64,000 bases of DNA from Candidatus Wolfebacteria bacterium RIFOXYD12_FULL_48_21 (GTDB lineage Bacteria > Patescibacteriota > Minisyncoccia > UBA6257 > UBA9933), in NCBI GenBank assembly GCA_001793945.1, contig MGIW01000005.1:57923-121922 (forward strand), written 5' to 3'. The position numbers were made by a program, and so were the translations under genes. Below are positions 28,742-38,287 of the stretch, in pieces. The number at the start of each line of letters is the position of its first letter. Position 1 is the first letter of the stretch. The notes under the pieces are model-generated. The model had not been told where the DNA came from. It searched no databases and worked only from the letters and a program-made list of their open reading frames with translations.

Positions 28742-30004
28742 ATGAAAAAATTGACACTGGACAACGGATTGCGATTAGTATTGGTGCCGCGGGAGGCAAG
28801 CTTGGCGACCACGGTGCTGGTACTGGTGGAAACGGGCTCGAAATATGAAACAAAGGATATTAGCGGCATATCGCATTTCTTAGAGCACATGTGCTTTAAG
28901 GGCACGGAAAAGCGACCGACGGCGTTTGCCATAGCAAGCGAACTCGACGGCATCGGCGCGTCGTACAACGCATTTACAAGTCAGGAATACACGGGTTATT
29001 ACGCCAAGGCGCGCCCCAAACACTTTGGGCAGATATTGGATGTGGTGTCCGATATTTATTTGAATCAAAAATTTGATACGGCGGAGATCGACAAGGAGCG
29101 GGGCGTAATTATCGAAGAGATCAATATGTACGAAGACCTGCCTATGCGCAAGGTGCAGGATGTGTTCATGGCGCTGATGTATGGCGATCAGCCGGCCGGG
29201 TGGCCTATAGCGGGCCACAAGGATGTGGTAAGTAAGATAACGCGGGAAGACTTCGTTGAATATCATAAAAAGCATTATGTTGCTGAAGCGACTATCGTGG
29301 TCATTGCAGGAGCGTTCGACGAACAGGAAGCGCTCGACGGCGTAAAAAAATATTTCGCAAACATTACAACGGGAACAAAAGGGGCGAAGGTAAAAACGAG
29401 CGAATCGCAAAGCACGCCGCAAATCGCGTTAGCGAACAAGAAAACCGACCAAACACATTTGGTCATGGGTGTGCGCGCGTTTGACCTGTTCGACGAACGG
29501 AAATACGCGCTTGAACTGCTTGCCGATATTCTCGGCGGCGGCATGAGTTCGCGCCTGTTCCAGAAGGTGCGCGAAGAAATGGGCGCCGCCTATTACATCG
29601 GCGCAGGCGCAGACCTTTCGACCGATCACGGCTATATGGATATATCCGCGGGCATCGATCATAAAAAGATCGACGATGTACTCGCGGCGATCGTGAGTGA
29701 GTTGAAGCGCATGGCCGCGGAACCGGTCGCGCCCGAAGAACTGACGCGCGCCAAGGAACACTTGATCGGCGGGCTAGTGCTGGGGCTGGAAACATCAAAC
29801 CAATGGGCAGGGTTTTATGGTTCGCAGGAGGCATTGGAGAAAAAAATGATGAGCCCCGAGGAGTTGATCAAAAAAACGCAGGAAGTAACAGCGGAACAAA
29901 TACAGGCCGTCGCACAGGATATTATAAAAAACGAAGGCCTAAACCTTGCCATCATCGGCCCATTCAAAGACAAGGAGAGGTTTGAAAAATTACTGACATT
30001 CTGA
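28742..30004 (+). CDS. M16 family zinc peptidase
   Basis: GSKYE..GISHFLEHMCFKGT (HXXEH), NAFTS, LGGGMSSRLFQ. Confidence 0.93.
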   Translation: MKKLTLDNGLRLVLVPREASLATTVLVLVETGSKYETKDISGISHFLEHMCFKGTEKRPTAFAIASELDGIGASYNAFTSQEYTGYYAKARPKHFGQILDVVSDIYLNQKFDTAEIDKERGVIIEEINMYEDLPMRKVQDVFMALMYGDQPAGWPIAGHKDVVSKITREDFVEYHKKHYVAEATIVVIAGAFDEQEALDGVKKYFANITTGTKGAKVKTSESQSTPQIALANKKTDQTHLVMGVRAFDLFDERKYALELLADILGGGMSSRLFQKVREEMGAAYYIGAGADLSTDHGYMDISAGIDHKKIDDVLAAIVSELKRMAAEPVAPEELTRAKEHLIGGLVLGLETSNQWAGFYGSQEALEKKMMSPEELIKKTQEVTAEQIQAVAQDIIKNEGLNLAIIGPFKDKERFEKLLTF

Positions 30005-30101
30005 TTAGGTTGTCATTCCCGCACTTTTGCATTGTCATTCCCGTGAAAACGGGAATACAGCATCCCCATGCTACATACTACATACTACACGCTACGCTAA
30101 T

Positions 30102-30845
30102 ATGAAAGTCATTCCAACAATTAACTGCACCGCATTCGCCTGTGTAAAAAAGCGCATAGAAGAAGCGCAAACTTTTTTGCCCAAATCCGCCAGTGGGCGG
30201 AGGTGGCTGCAAATAGATGTGAGTGACGGCAAGTTTAGTGAGTTTGTGTCATCCCCGCCCTCCTCTCTGTCATCCCGGCGAAAGCCGGGATCCACTACTA
30301 ATACCCGCGGAGCGCACGATAGCAGTCCAAAAAGCTGGAACAACCCCGAAAAGCTGGCGGCGTGGCTGAAAGAAAAAAAGATAACCGACATCAATTTTGA
30401 AATACACCTTATGGTAGTAGACCCGAAGCCGTGGGTCATGCGGTGGTTCGAGGCGGGCGCAAAGCGCGTCATCGTGCATGTCGAGGCAATCACCCCGCAG
30501 GACATTCTGTTTTTAAAAGGGTTTGGAAAGGGAAAGGTGGGTATTGCACTGGTTCCGGCAACGCCGCTCAAAAAAGCGGAAAAATATTTGGAGCATTTTC
30601 CATTTGTGCAGCTACTCGCAGTGAAGCCGGGCTATTCGGGACAAAGGTTCGATAGGAAGGTGCTCGAAAAGATCGTGTTTCTGAAAGCGCTCCACCCCGA
30701 TAGTATCGTAGAAATAGACGGGGGAGTGAACGCGACCACCGCACCGGCGATCAAAGACGCGGGCGCCGACATCATCGTTTCCGGTTCGTATATCTTCGAA
30801 GCCAAAGACAAAAAAGCAGCGTACAAGGAATTGAAGAAGATTTAA
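30102..30845 (+). CDS. rpe: Ribulose-phosphate 3-epimerase with repeat-derived in-frame insertions
   Basis: QIDVSDGKF, EIHLMV, IVHVE, PGYSGQ, EIDGGVN, GADIIVSGS. Confidence 0.9.
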   Translation: MKVIPTINCTAFACVKKRIEEAQTFLPKSASGRRWLQIDVSDGKFSEFVSSPPSSLSSRRKPGSTTNTRGAHDSSPKSWNNPEKLAAWLKEKKITDINFEIHLMVVDPKPWVMRWFEAGAKRVIVHVEAITPQDILFLKGFGKGKVGIALVPATPLKKAEKYLEHFPFVQLLAVKPGYSGQRFDRKVLEKIVFLKALHPDSIVEIDGGVNATTAPAIKDAGADIIVSGSYIFEAKDKKAAYKELKKI

Positions 30846-31073
30846 CGCAAATTGCTCGCCCCGTGGTCCGCCATGGGCGGACTTTACGGGGTCATTTCTG
30901 ACGCGGGTCCCGGCTTTTGCCGGGATAAACTCCAGCAGGAATCCAGTATTCCGTTATCGGTTATCGGTTATAGGTCATGAGTTGTCCCCCATATTGTCAT
31001 TCCCGTGAAAACGGGAATCCAGTATTCTACGCAATTATGTTAAATAGGTGCATAATATAAAAATAAAAAGTAT

Positions 31074-31328
31074 ATGGCAGGTAATAAGATTGATTTTATA
31101 AAACGCTATAAGGAGCTGGTAGAGAAAGTAGAAAAAGGAGAAATAGCTATCGGAGATGCATGTTACGAAATAGGAAGAGGCATGGCGGTAAGGACATTGA
31201 GGATCGATCCGAAACTGGAAGGAATCATGAGAGAAGCTGAGGAGTTTGAGTCGTCTCCCAAAGAAACCCAAGGGAGCAGAGAGGAACGATGGGCTAAGTT
31301 AAAAAACAAGATCGAAAGTTTGCGATAA
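31074..31328 (+). CDS. Hypothetical protein (84 aa)
   Basis: Clean ORF with upstream CATAAT box, ends 3 nt before recQ. Confidence 0.65.
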   Translation: MAGNKIDFIKRYKELVEKVEKGEIAIGDACYEIGRGMAVRTLRIDPKLEGIMREAEEFESSPKETQGSREERWAKLKNKIESLR

Positions 31329-31331
31329 GCC

Positions 31332-32849
31332 ATGAAAACCCTCCTTAAAAAACATTTTGGATATGAGGAATTCAGGCCGCTGCAGGAAGAGATCATCAAG
31401 AGGGTATTGACCGGGAAAGACTGCGTCGTATTGATGCCGACGGGAGGAGGAAAATCCCTGTGCTTCCAGCTCCCGGCGCTTATCTTGGAAGGTGCGGTGA
31501 TCGTTATTTCGCCTCTTATTTCGTTGATGAAAGATCAAGTGGATGCGCTGTGCGCAAACGGCATTGCGGCGGGCCTGATCAACAGCACGCTTTCTCAAAG
31601 TGAGATTACGGATGTCATGGAGCAAGTAAGAGAAGGGGCGATAAAGATCCTCTACATAGCTCCGGAACGATTTGCCGTGCCGGGATTTGAGAGTTTTTTG
31701 CATGCACTGAACATAGGGTTGATTGCCGTCGACGAGGCGCATTGCATCTCCGAATGGGGGCATGACTTTAGGCCGGATTATAGAAACTTAAGATCGTTAC
31801 GGAGCAAATTCCCGACGGTTCCGATCATCGCACTTACCGCCACCGCAACCGAAAAAGTGCGCGAAGATATCGTTAAGCAGCTCAATATAGAAGATGCAAA
31901 AGTTTTTATTTCCAGTTTTAACCGGCCTAATTTAAGTTACGAGGTATTGCCCAAAAAGGATTCGATTAAGACGGTCATATCATTACTGAGTAGCTATAAA
32001 GACGAAAGTAGTATCATCTATTGTTTTTCGCGCAATGATACGGAAAAGTTGGTCACCGAATTGAAGAAGTATGGATTCAAGGCTGCGGCGTATCATGCGG
32101 GGTTAAATCAAAAAACAAGAAAAGAAAATCAGGAAAAATTTATCCGTGACGAGATTGACATCATGGTCGCTACTATTGCATTCGGCATGGGGATCGATAA
32201 GCCCGATGTGCGACTGGTCATTCATCACGGTTTGCCGAAATCGATAGAGGGATATTATCAGGAAACCGGACGGGCCGGGCGCGACGGACTGCCTGCCCGG
32301 TGCGTACTCCTTTTTTCGTATGCCGACAAATTCAAACATGACTATTTTATTCGCGCCGTCACAGATAAGATAGAGCGGGAAAAAGCAGAACAAAAGCTCG
32401 AGAGCGTCCTGACATACGGGACTCTTTTTGGATGCCGACGCCGGTTTTTATTGCGTTACTTCGACGAAGGATATGATAAAAAAAATTGCGGGAATTGTGA
32501 TGGATGCGTCAAGCAAGCTCCGCTCGAAATACACGCGATGCCACTTAGGGCGGTAAAGCAGAAAGTTGCGAGTGCATCCGTTTCGGGGAGTGCTCGCGGT
32601 AGCGCTCTATTTGAAGAGTTAAGGGCTATAAGAACACAAGAAGCACAACGATTGAGCGTACCGCCATACATTATCTTCGGAGACAAAACACTGAAAGAGA
32701 TGGTAGCACATCTCCCGCAGACTCCAGCCGAGTTCTTGGAAATAAACGGAGTAGGCGACCAAAAACTCGCCAAGTTCGGAGAACTATTTATGGGTGCTAT
32801 TCGGCGGTATGAGGAAGTAAATAATAAGGCTTCCGAAAGGGATTGCTGA
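31332..32849 (+). CDS. recQ: RecQ-family DNA helicase (helicase core, Zn motif, HRDC)
   Basis: MPTGGGKSLCFQ, DEAHCISEWGHDFRP, QETGRAGRDG, CRRR..CGNCDGC, HRDC (PPYIIFGDKTL). Confidence 0.93.
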   Translation: MKTLLKKHFGYEEFRPLQEEIIKRVLTGKDCVVLMPTGGGKSLCFQLPALILEGAVIVISPLISLMKDQVDALCANGIAAGLINSTLSQSEITDVMEQVREGAIKILYIAPERFAVPGFESFLHALNIGLIAVDEAHCISEWGHDFRPDYRNLRSLRSKFPTVPIIALTATATEKVREDIVKQLNIEDAKVFISSFNRPNLSYEVLPKKDSIKTVISLLSSYKDESSIIYCFSRNDTEKLVTELKKYGFKAAAYHAGLNQKTRKENQEKFIRDEIDIMVATIAFGMGIDKPDVRLVIHHGLPKSIEGYYQETGRAGRDGLPARCVLLFSYADKFKHDYFIRAVTDKIEREKAEQKLESVLTYGTLFGCRRRFLLRYFDEGYDKKNCGNCDGCVKQAPLEIHAMPLRAVKQKVASASVSGSARGSALFEELRAIRTQEAQRLSVPPYIIFGDKTLKEMVAHLPQTPAEFLEINGVGDQKLAKFGELFMGAIRRYEEVNNKASERDC

Positions 32850-33123
32850 TAATAAGACTGGCATCGCGTAAAAGCGTGTCATCCCGTTGAAAAACGGGAT
32901 CCAGAGCCATTCCCCGCATTGTAATTCCCGCGAGTGAGGGCCTGTCCTCGACTTGATCGGGGACGGGAATCCAGTGTCCCTCGCATTGTCATTCCGGCCT
33001 CCGAGCCGGAATCTGCTAGTCATTTGGTGTCGTTTGGTTGCCAAATTCAACCTTTTCTCTTACAATACGGAGGTGTTTTGAGCCTATGTCATCAGTTATT
33101 GGTTATTGGTTGTAGGTTAATTT

Positions 33124-33212
33124 GGAGAGGTCGCATAGAGGCCTAGTGCGGCGGTTTGCTAAACCGCTATGCGGGTTAAACCGCATCGAGGGTTCGAATC
33201 CCTCCCTCTCCG
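33124..33212 (+). tRNA. tRNA-Ser(GCT)
   Basis: GGAGAGG/CCTCTCC acceptor, GCGGT-TTGCTAA-ACCGC, long variable arm, GGTTCGAATCC. Confidence 0.95.
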
Positions 33213-33417
33213 CAGAGACAATTTAGTATCGGATAGACCCGAGTGTCTCAAAAAGCATCTAAAGAGTGCAATTGTAGTAACGCTCTTTAAGTATCATGTA
33301 ATGGAATTTATATGAAATAGATAACCGCTTGCAAACCATATATAAGGGCGTACAATAAGTACAAGAGAAGACTTACCGCTAAGCTTTTGGAAATATTAAC
33401 TCTTAAATAGAGATTAT

Positions 33418-33855
33418 ATGCATCTATCAAATAAAAATATAATTATCATGACATTAGTATTGTCAGTTATATTAAATGCCTATCTTTTATTTTTACCAAA
33501 AAAATTGATCGTTACTAAAGAGATTGCATGGTCAACGGATAGTATGAGTGCAAGAGGTTATTTAGAGCCAGTAAATTATGAGGAGCCAAAAGATTGGAAT
33601 ACAATATTTTTTATTGATGCTTTAAATATTGGGGAGAGAGAAAAAGCAAGGTTTTTTGCAAAAGAGATTGTTGTTGCAGGCGGAGTTTTAATCAATCTTA
33701 ATCTTAAAGAATATCCTATAGTAGAAGCTAATGAGGGAAAAATCGTTGCCCAAGATAATACTTATAGGTTTGAGATTACAAAAGATGAAGTGTCTATTAC
33801 AGACAAAGATGGGGAGGTGGCGAGGTTAAGCGATATGTATAAAATTGAATTATAA
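33418..33855 (+). CDS. Hypothetical protein with N-terminal TM/signal
   Basis: 145-aa ORF in AT-rich DNA with hydrophobic N-terminus. Confidence 0.7.
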   Translation: MHLSNKNIIIMTLVLSVILNAYLLFLPKKLIVTKEIAWSTDSMSARGYLEPVNYEEPKDWNTIFFIDALNIGEREKARFFAKEIVVAGGVLINLNLKEYPIVEANEGKIVAQDNTYRFEITKDEVSITDKDGEVARLSDMYKIEL

Positions 33856-33961
33856 ATATTGAAAAAATAAAAACTATGTTTTATCGGAATTGTAATACTC
33901 TAAAATAGAAGTTCTTATCCCTTATGGGTATTACTATTAGAAATAACTTTAGAAGTAAAAT

Positions 33962-34270
33962 ATGAAGAATTATTTTGGGAAAAATAGGAAACTGATTTTT
34001 GCAATATTAATCGCTACAGTTCTATGGTCTGTCGGAAATTTTTATTTAAGAAGCAAATTCCATTCTGGCGAATGTGTGCGGGCACTTGATGGATACACTT
34101 GGCATATAAACAATTATAGGTTTGGAAAATATTTTTTGATGGGATGGCAGGGTAATGCATGGGGCAATGAAGTGAAAATGGACAAAGACATTCTCGAAAG
34201 GGAAGATATTTCCGGAATAATAGCTTATCATCAAGTTGTTTGTCCCGAGTATAATCCAAATAATAATTAA
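33962..34270 (+). CDS. Hypothetical protein with N-terminal TM/signal
   Basis: 102-aa ORF, hydrophobic N-terminus, two Cys. Confidence 0.65.
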   Translation: MKNYFGKNRKLIFAILIATVLWSVGNFYLRSKFHSGECVRALDGYTWHINNYRFGKYFLMGWQGNAWGNEVKMDKDILEREDISGIIAYHQVVCPEYNPNNN

Positions 34271-34373
34271 AGATAGTATTTAATTATGTGAACGGGAAAA
34301 AATAAAATTATGGAAATCATCTTTGCGATAATAGTTGGCTGGTATATTTCTGAAAAATTGATTAATAAATGAA

Positions 34374-35012
34374 GTGAATATAAAAGACATAAAAAAATCT
34401 ATTTACCAAAAAAGAGCAGAAGATCCTGCGGTGTGGGCTCTCGCTGGTTTTAGAAATGAAGAAATAGGTAAGTTTTTCCTAAGAAAATATCGCTCATACT
34501 ATTGGCGATTAGAACAAGAACACTTAGAATTGGCATCGGGGGATCTTCTAAAGAAGAAAAGGAGATTCAATCACCGAGATGGGGATTTACATCGATATGT
34601 ACTGATGTTTTTCGGCTATGCTATCGAAAATTATCTTAAAGGCATTTTAATTAAAAGAGGCTGTAGTCCTATAGAGACTGATGCTAAAAGTAAGCTTCGC
34701 TTGGTTGCGTCCATATCAAATCACAAGCTCGTAGATTATTTTAATAATGTTTTCAGTACTACGCCGGATAAAATAGTGGAAGAAGCACTTAAAAATTTGC
34801 AGAGAGCTATTGAGTCTGGCAAATACGGAGTACCAAAATACGAAGATCAATATTATTCTTTTACCGCAAACTTTGATCAGACAATCATTATTGCAAAAGG
34901 ATTAATAAAGAAAATTAAAAAAATATTAAGCCCCAACCCAACCACCCCAAATCCACCACCGCTAAAACCTCAAAAAATCCTTATACTGATTGCAGGTTTG
35001 GGGGTACTATAA
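34374..35012 (+). CDS. Hypothetical protein, possibly HEPN-like
   Basis: FGYAIENYLKG..NHKLVDY resembles the E..LK..H.L pattern of HEPN proteins; weak. Confidence 0.55.
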   Translation: MNIKDIKKSIYQKRAEDPAVWALAGFRNEEIGKFFLRKYRSYYWRLEQEHLELASGDLLKKKRRFNHRDGDLHRYVLMFFGYAIENYLKGILIKRGCSPIETDAKSKLRLVASISNHKLVDYFNNVFSTTPDKIVEEALKNLQRAIESGKYGVPKYEDQYYSFTANFDQTIIIAKGLIKKIKKILSPNPTTPNPPPLKPQKILILIAGLGVL

Positions 35013-35033
35013 AAGAATCCGAATACTAATCAA

Positions 35034-35160
35034 ATGGAAAAAGATTTCAACAGGTGGAATGAACACAAGAAGCGAGTAGAGGGCGTAGATCAGAAATTTC
35101 TTTTTAAACAAGGAGAGTGAAAGAAAAACTCGAGACATTGCTCGAGCTTTTCCTAAAATT
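35034..35160 (+). pseudogene. Internally deleted PemK/MazF-like toxin remnant
   Basis: MEKDFNRWNEHKKRV..FKQGE* matches the N-terminus of 35349 (MLKDFFKWHSEKEKI..FYERE); a C-terminus-like VKEKLETLL follows in another frame. Confidence 0.65.
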
Positions 35161-35348
35161 ATCACCAGAGCCGAAGCTCTGGATCGGTGGGTTCCCCCAA
35201 AAGTAATTTAAGTGTAGGCCGTGCTCAGAATAAAGTCAAAACAAAATATCTACATACGAAATATCCGCTTCACACATAGTGAATATATGGCAATATATTT
35301 TTTAAAATTTGTACTGGATTAGTTGGCCATGCTATCATTGTTTCAAAT

Positions 35349-35732
35349 ATGTTGAAAGACTTTTTCAAATGGCATAGCGAGAAAGAGAAAATACACAATA
35401 GAGAAAGCGGTGTATATTTTTATGAACGAGAGATTTGGTGGGCTAGTCTGGGTTTGAATATTGGATACGAAGAAGACGGTAAAAATGAAAAGTTCGAAAG
35501 ACCGATTTTGGTTTTAAAAAAATTCAATAAGTATATTTTATGGGCATTGCCGTTAACAAGCAAAAATAAGGAAAGTAAATATTACTACCCATTCGAATTT
35601 AAAGGAGAAAAATATTCGGTCATTTTATCTCAGCTAAGAATTATCAGTAGCAAGAGGTTATTAAGGAAATTAGGCCAGATGCCCGAAGATGATTTCTCTA
35701 AAATTAGAGAGTCAATAAGAAAGCTTGTATAA
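35349..35732 (+). CDS. PemK/MazF-family toxin (mRNA interferase-like)
   Basis: EIWWASLGLNIGYEEDGK..RPILVLKK..PLTSK..LSQLRIISSKRL. Confidence 0.88.
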   Translation: MLKDFFKWHSEKEKIHNRESGVYFYEREIWWASLGLNIGYEEDGKNEKFERPILVLKKFNKYILWALPLTSKNKESKYYYPFEFKGEKYSVILSQLRIISSKRLLRKLGQMPEDDFSKIRESIRKLV

Positions 35733-36101
35733 AACGAAACCCCTTCTTGCGAAGGGGTTTCTCGGAGGCCGAAGCCCATTTATAAAGATATTGTAACAAG
35801 TAGGCAGTCAAAGTCAATAGCTCAAAAATAAAGGGAATAATATATATTATGCGAGCGAGCATCGAAATACAAAAGGAGATATAAACAAAAGAGCCGCGAA
35901 GCGCGACCCTTTTTAATGACATTATTAGTATAGCAATAAGCCGACTAAAGTCAAGAAAAGAAAGTGCTTAACCATAAACTCTGGCCCGTGTCGCATAATT
36001 ACTTAAGGGGTCGGGTACCTTCATCCCAAACTCTCAGACGAGAACAAAAAAATGCGGAAAGCTCGAAGCTTTCCGCATTTGCGAAAGGGGTTGCCGCGCG
36101 G

Positions 36102-36416
36102 TTACGCGGCAGGGCGGTAGCGGAGAACCGTGGGGCTTACCCGCACCGCCGTTTTGATTTTGTGGGGTACGCACCGAACGCCCGTGCGCCTTGAGGGATG
36201 CCAATCCCGCTGGCTCAAGGGGATCATGTTCGGCCCGGCAGGGTCGGCGACCAGCTCAATGGGGACATACCCCTTTTGGGCGGGGTCCCGAAGCGGGTCG
36301 GGGGCGAAGCCGTCATCGAATTCCATGCCGAACAGTTCGTCGGCCCGCATCTCGCCACCCGTCAGTGCCGCACAGGGGCACTTCTGGTCTTTACCGCAAT
36401 AAAGTACTTTCGCCAT
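36102..36416 (-). CDS. Hypothetical protein (104 aa)
   Basis: AAGGAGG SD and TTGACA-N17-TAGATT promoter upstream; hairpin downstream. Confidence 0.6.
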   Translation of the reverse strand: MAKVLYCGKDQKCPCAALTGGEMRADELFGMEFDDGFAPDPLRDPAQKGYVPIELVADPAGPNMIPLSQRDWHPSRRTGVRCVPHKIKTAVRVSPTVLRYRPAA

Positions 36417-36593
36417 GACTAACCTCCTTAGGGTTATTAGGGAAGTAATAAAATATACTGTTTTTAATCTATCATGTATTTATATATTTGTCAAGGGCTT
36501 CATTGACAAACCACATAGGCGATGGCATATTTATCGCAGGTGGGTCATGATGGCTCAATAAGATAACAATGCACATTAAGAAGGAGGGTGTTT

Positions 36594-37049
36594 ATGAAGT
36601 TCTTCATTCCGCTCAGTATGGTAACTGAACGAGGCGGTAATAGCGATCCTTACGCATCGCTTGCACATGGGGCAGTGTATGGACCCTACGAAAGTGACAG
36701 GGAAATGCGAAAAGCATTTGCGCGCCTTGGCGCGAGTGACAGGGATAAAAAACTTGCCCTTGTCTTTGACGGTCATATAATGCCCATTGAGCAGGAGGCA
36801 ATGGGAAAACCCGAGAGCGAGAAGAGCGAGCCCGGCAATATGGACAACTATATCGCGGATGAAGATAACATCGATAAATTCAGGTGCAAAAAATGCCACG
36901 CGGTTATCATGGGTGCGGTGGTATCGCACCCCATCCATTTGCGCAGTATGCCCGGAGCCGGTTCTGGCCAGTGCCAGCGTGAAACGGTACCCTATTGCCC
37001 GAACTGCGAAACGAAGCCTGACCCCCATGGCGCTCCCGTCTACAAATAA
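36594..37049 (+). CDS. Hypothetical protein with C-terminal zinc ribbon
   Basis: CKKC..CPNC; AAGGAGG SD, TTGACA-N17-CATATT promoter, terminator about 37079-37117. Confidence 0.7.
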   Translation: MKFFIPLSMVTERGGNSDPYASLAHGAVYGPYESDREMRKAFARLGASDRDKKLALVFDGHIMPIEQEAMGKPESEKSEPGNMDNYIADEDNIDKFRCKKCHAVIMGAVVSHPIHLRSMPGAGSGQCQRETVPYCPNCETKPDPHGAPVYK

Positions 37050-37176
37050 TGGGTGGGAGGTAGCTCCTCTGGTATATAAGCCCGTCGCGTCTTCGGACCG
37101 CTGACGGGCTTTTTTTGTTTAGTTTTACTTGGATCATCGTGGCTATCACGAACCGATTTTCATATAATGAAAACAC

Positions 37177-37779
37177 ATGACCGAACCAACCCAAAAACTG
37201 CTTGCGTTTTACGACAAGCACATCGACGAACACGGGTCCGGTCCGCGCGCGGTGGGGTGGGGGAGTGCCGGGTCGCAAAAGGTACGGTTCAAGGAATTGT
37301 CCGAGATAGGCGATTTGAACAATAGTTCCGTGCTCGATGTCGGGTGCGGGTTGGGGGATCTGTATGAATATCTCGCCGGTCGTTACGACGGCGTGGAGTA
37401 CACGGGCATAGACATCAATCCGCGCTATGTGGAGCGCGCACGGGAGGCGCACCCCGAAGCACATTTTGAGGTTGCGGATTTTGGAACATATGAAGGCAAA
37501 AAGTTTGACTACATACTTGCATCAGGTGCGTTTTCGGTAAAAATCCAGAATTATAAAGAGGTATATTTCAAGCATATCGAAAAAATGTTCGCCATGGCCC
37601 GCAAGGGGGTTGCGTTTAATATCCTCGACAAGGAACACCATCCCGACGATGAATCGTATGCCGCGTATTCGGTAGCTGAAGTACGCAATTTCTGCCTTTC
37701 CTTGACCGATAATGTCGTCATACGACACGACTATCTTCCGCACGATTTTACGGTGCTATCGGGAAAGCGCTTTATTTAG
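37177..37779 (+). CDS. Class I SAM-dependent methyltransferase
   Basis: VLDVGCGLG, YTGIDIN, FDYILASG. Confidence 0.9.
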   Translation: MTEPTQKLLAFYDKHIDEHGSGPRAVGWGSAGSQKVRFKELSEIGDLNNSSVLDVGCGLGDLYEYLAGRYDGVEYTGIDINPRYVERAREAHPEAHFEVADFGTYEGKKFDYILASGAFSVKIQNYKEVYFKHIEKMFAMARKGVAFNILDKEHHPDDESYAAYSVAEVRNFCLSLTDNVVIRHDYLPHDFTVLSGKRFI

Positions 37780-37818
37780 CATGCAGAAGCCAGTGTGGTA
37801 TGGTATACTAAAACCACT

Positions 37819-38274
37819 ATGGAAAAGAATGAGGCAATGAAACAGGAGGCACTCGATTTTTTGAAGGACCATGTCGTGGCGGTCATCGCATCGACGGATA
37901 AAGATCATCGCCCGAACGCCGCAACGATCCTGTACCATATCGACGACGATATGAATTTCTTTTTCATGACCCGCAGGCAGACGCGCAAATACGAAAACAT
38001 CATGGCGAACCCGCGCGTGGCTATTGTGGTCGGCATAGGCGATGGGCCCGGCACGGTGCAGGCAGAAGGCGAGGCGCATGTCATAAAGGATGGTTTGGAA
38101 AAGTTTTTTAAAGAGATAGGGGATAACAAAATGTTGAAAGAAATGTACTACGGTCCATTTTTGATGCTGCCGGGTACGGATCTTGAAGTGGTGCGCGTGC
38201 GCATCGATTGGATGCGCTATCTGCATTTGAACACGGATACGCAAACGGAGGAATATTATAGAATCGTCGGTTAA
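37819..38274 (+). CDS. Pyridoxamine 5'-phosphate oxidase-like (FMN split barrel) protein
   Basis: AVIAST..P, FFFMT..TRKYENIMANPRVAIVV, VQAEG. Confidence 0.85.
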   Translation: MEKNEAMKQEALDFLKDHVVAVIASTDKDHRPNAATILYHIDDDMNFFFMTRRQTRKYENIMANPRVAIVVGIGDGPGTVQAEGEAHVIKDGLEKFFKEIGDNKMLKEMYYGPFLMLPGTDLEVVRVRIDWMRYLHLNTDTQTEEYYRIVG

Positions 38275-38287
38275 GCGAACACGCAGT

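Larger units (their letters stand above)
33213..35960. other. AT-rich accessory islet at the 3' end of tRNA-Ser
   Basis: Visibly lower GC than flanks; orphan ORFs, toxin gene and gene fragments; no integrase seen. Confidence 0.7.

Noticed and set aside
27883-28968. Long antisense ORFs (also 5197-6015, 20088-20957, 46128-47009, 50528-51520, 58294-59097)
   Set aside because: Shadows of well-supported genes on the opposite strand
33213-35960. Prophage or integrative element at tRNA-Ser
   Set aside because: No integrase, phage genes or duplicated tRNA-Ser 3' end found
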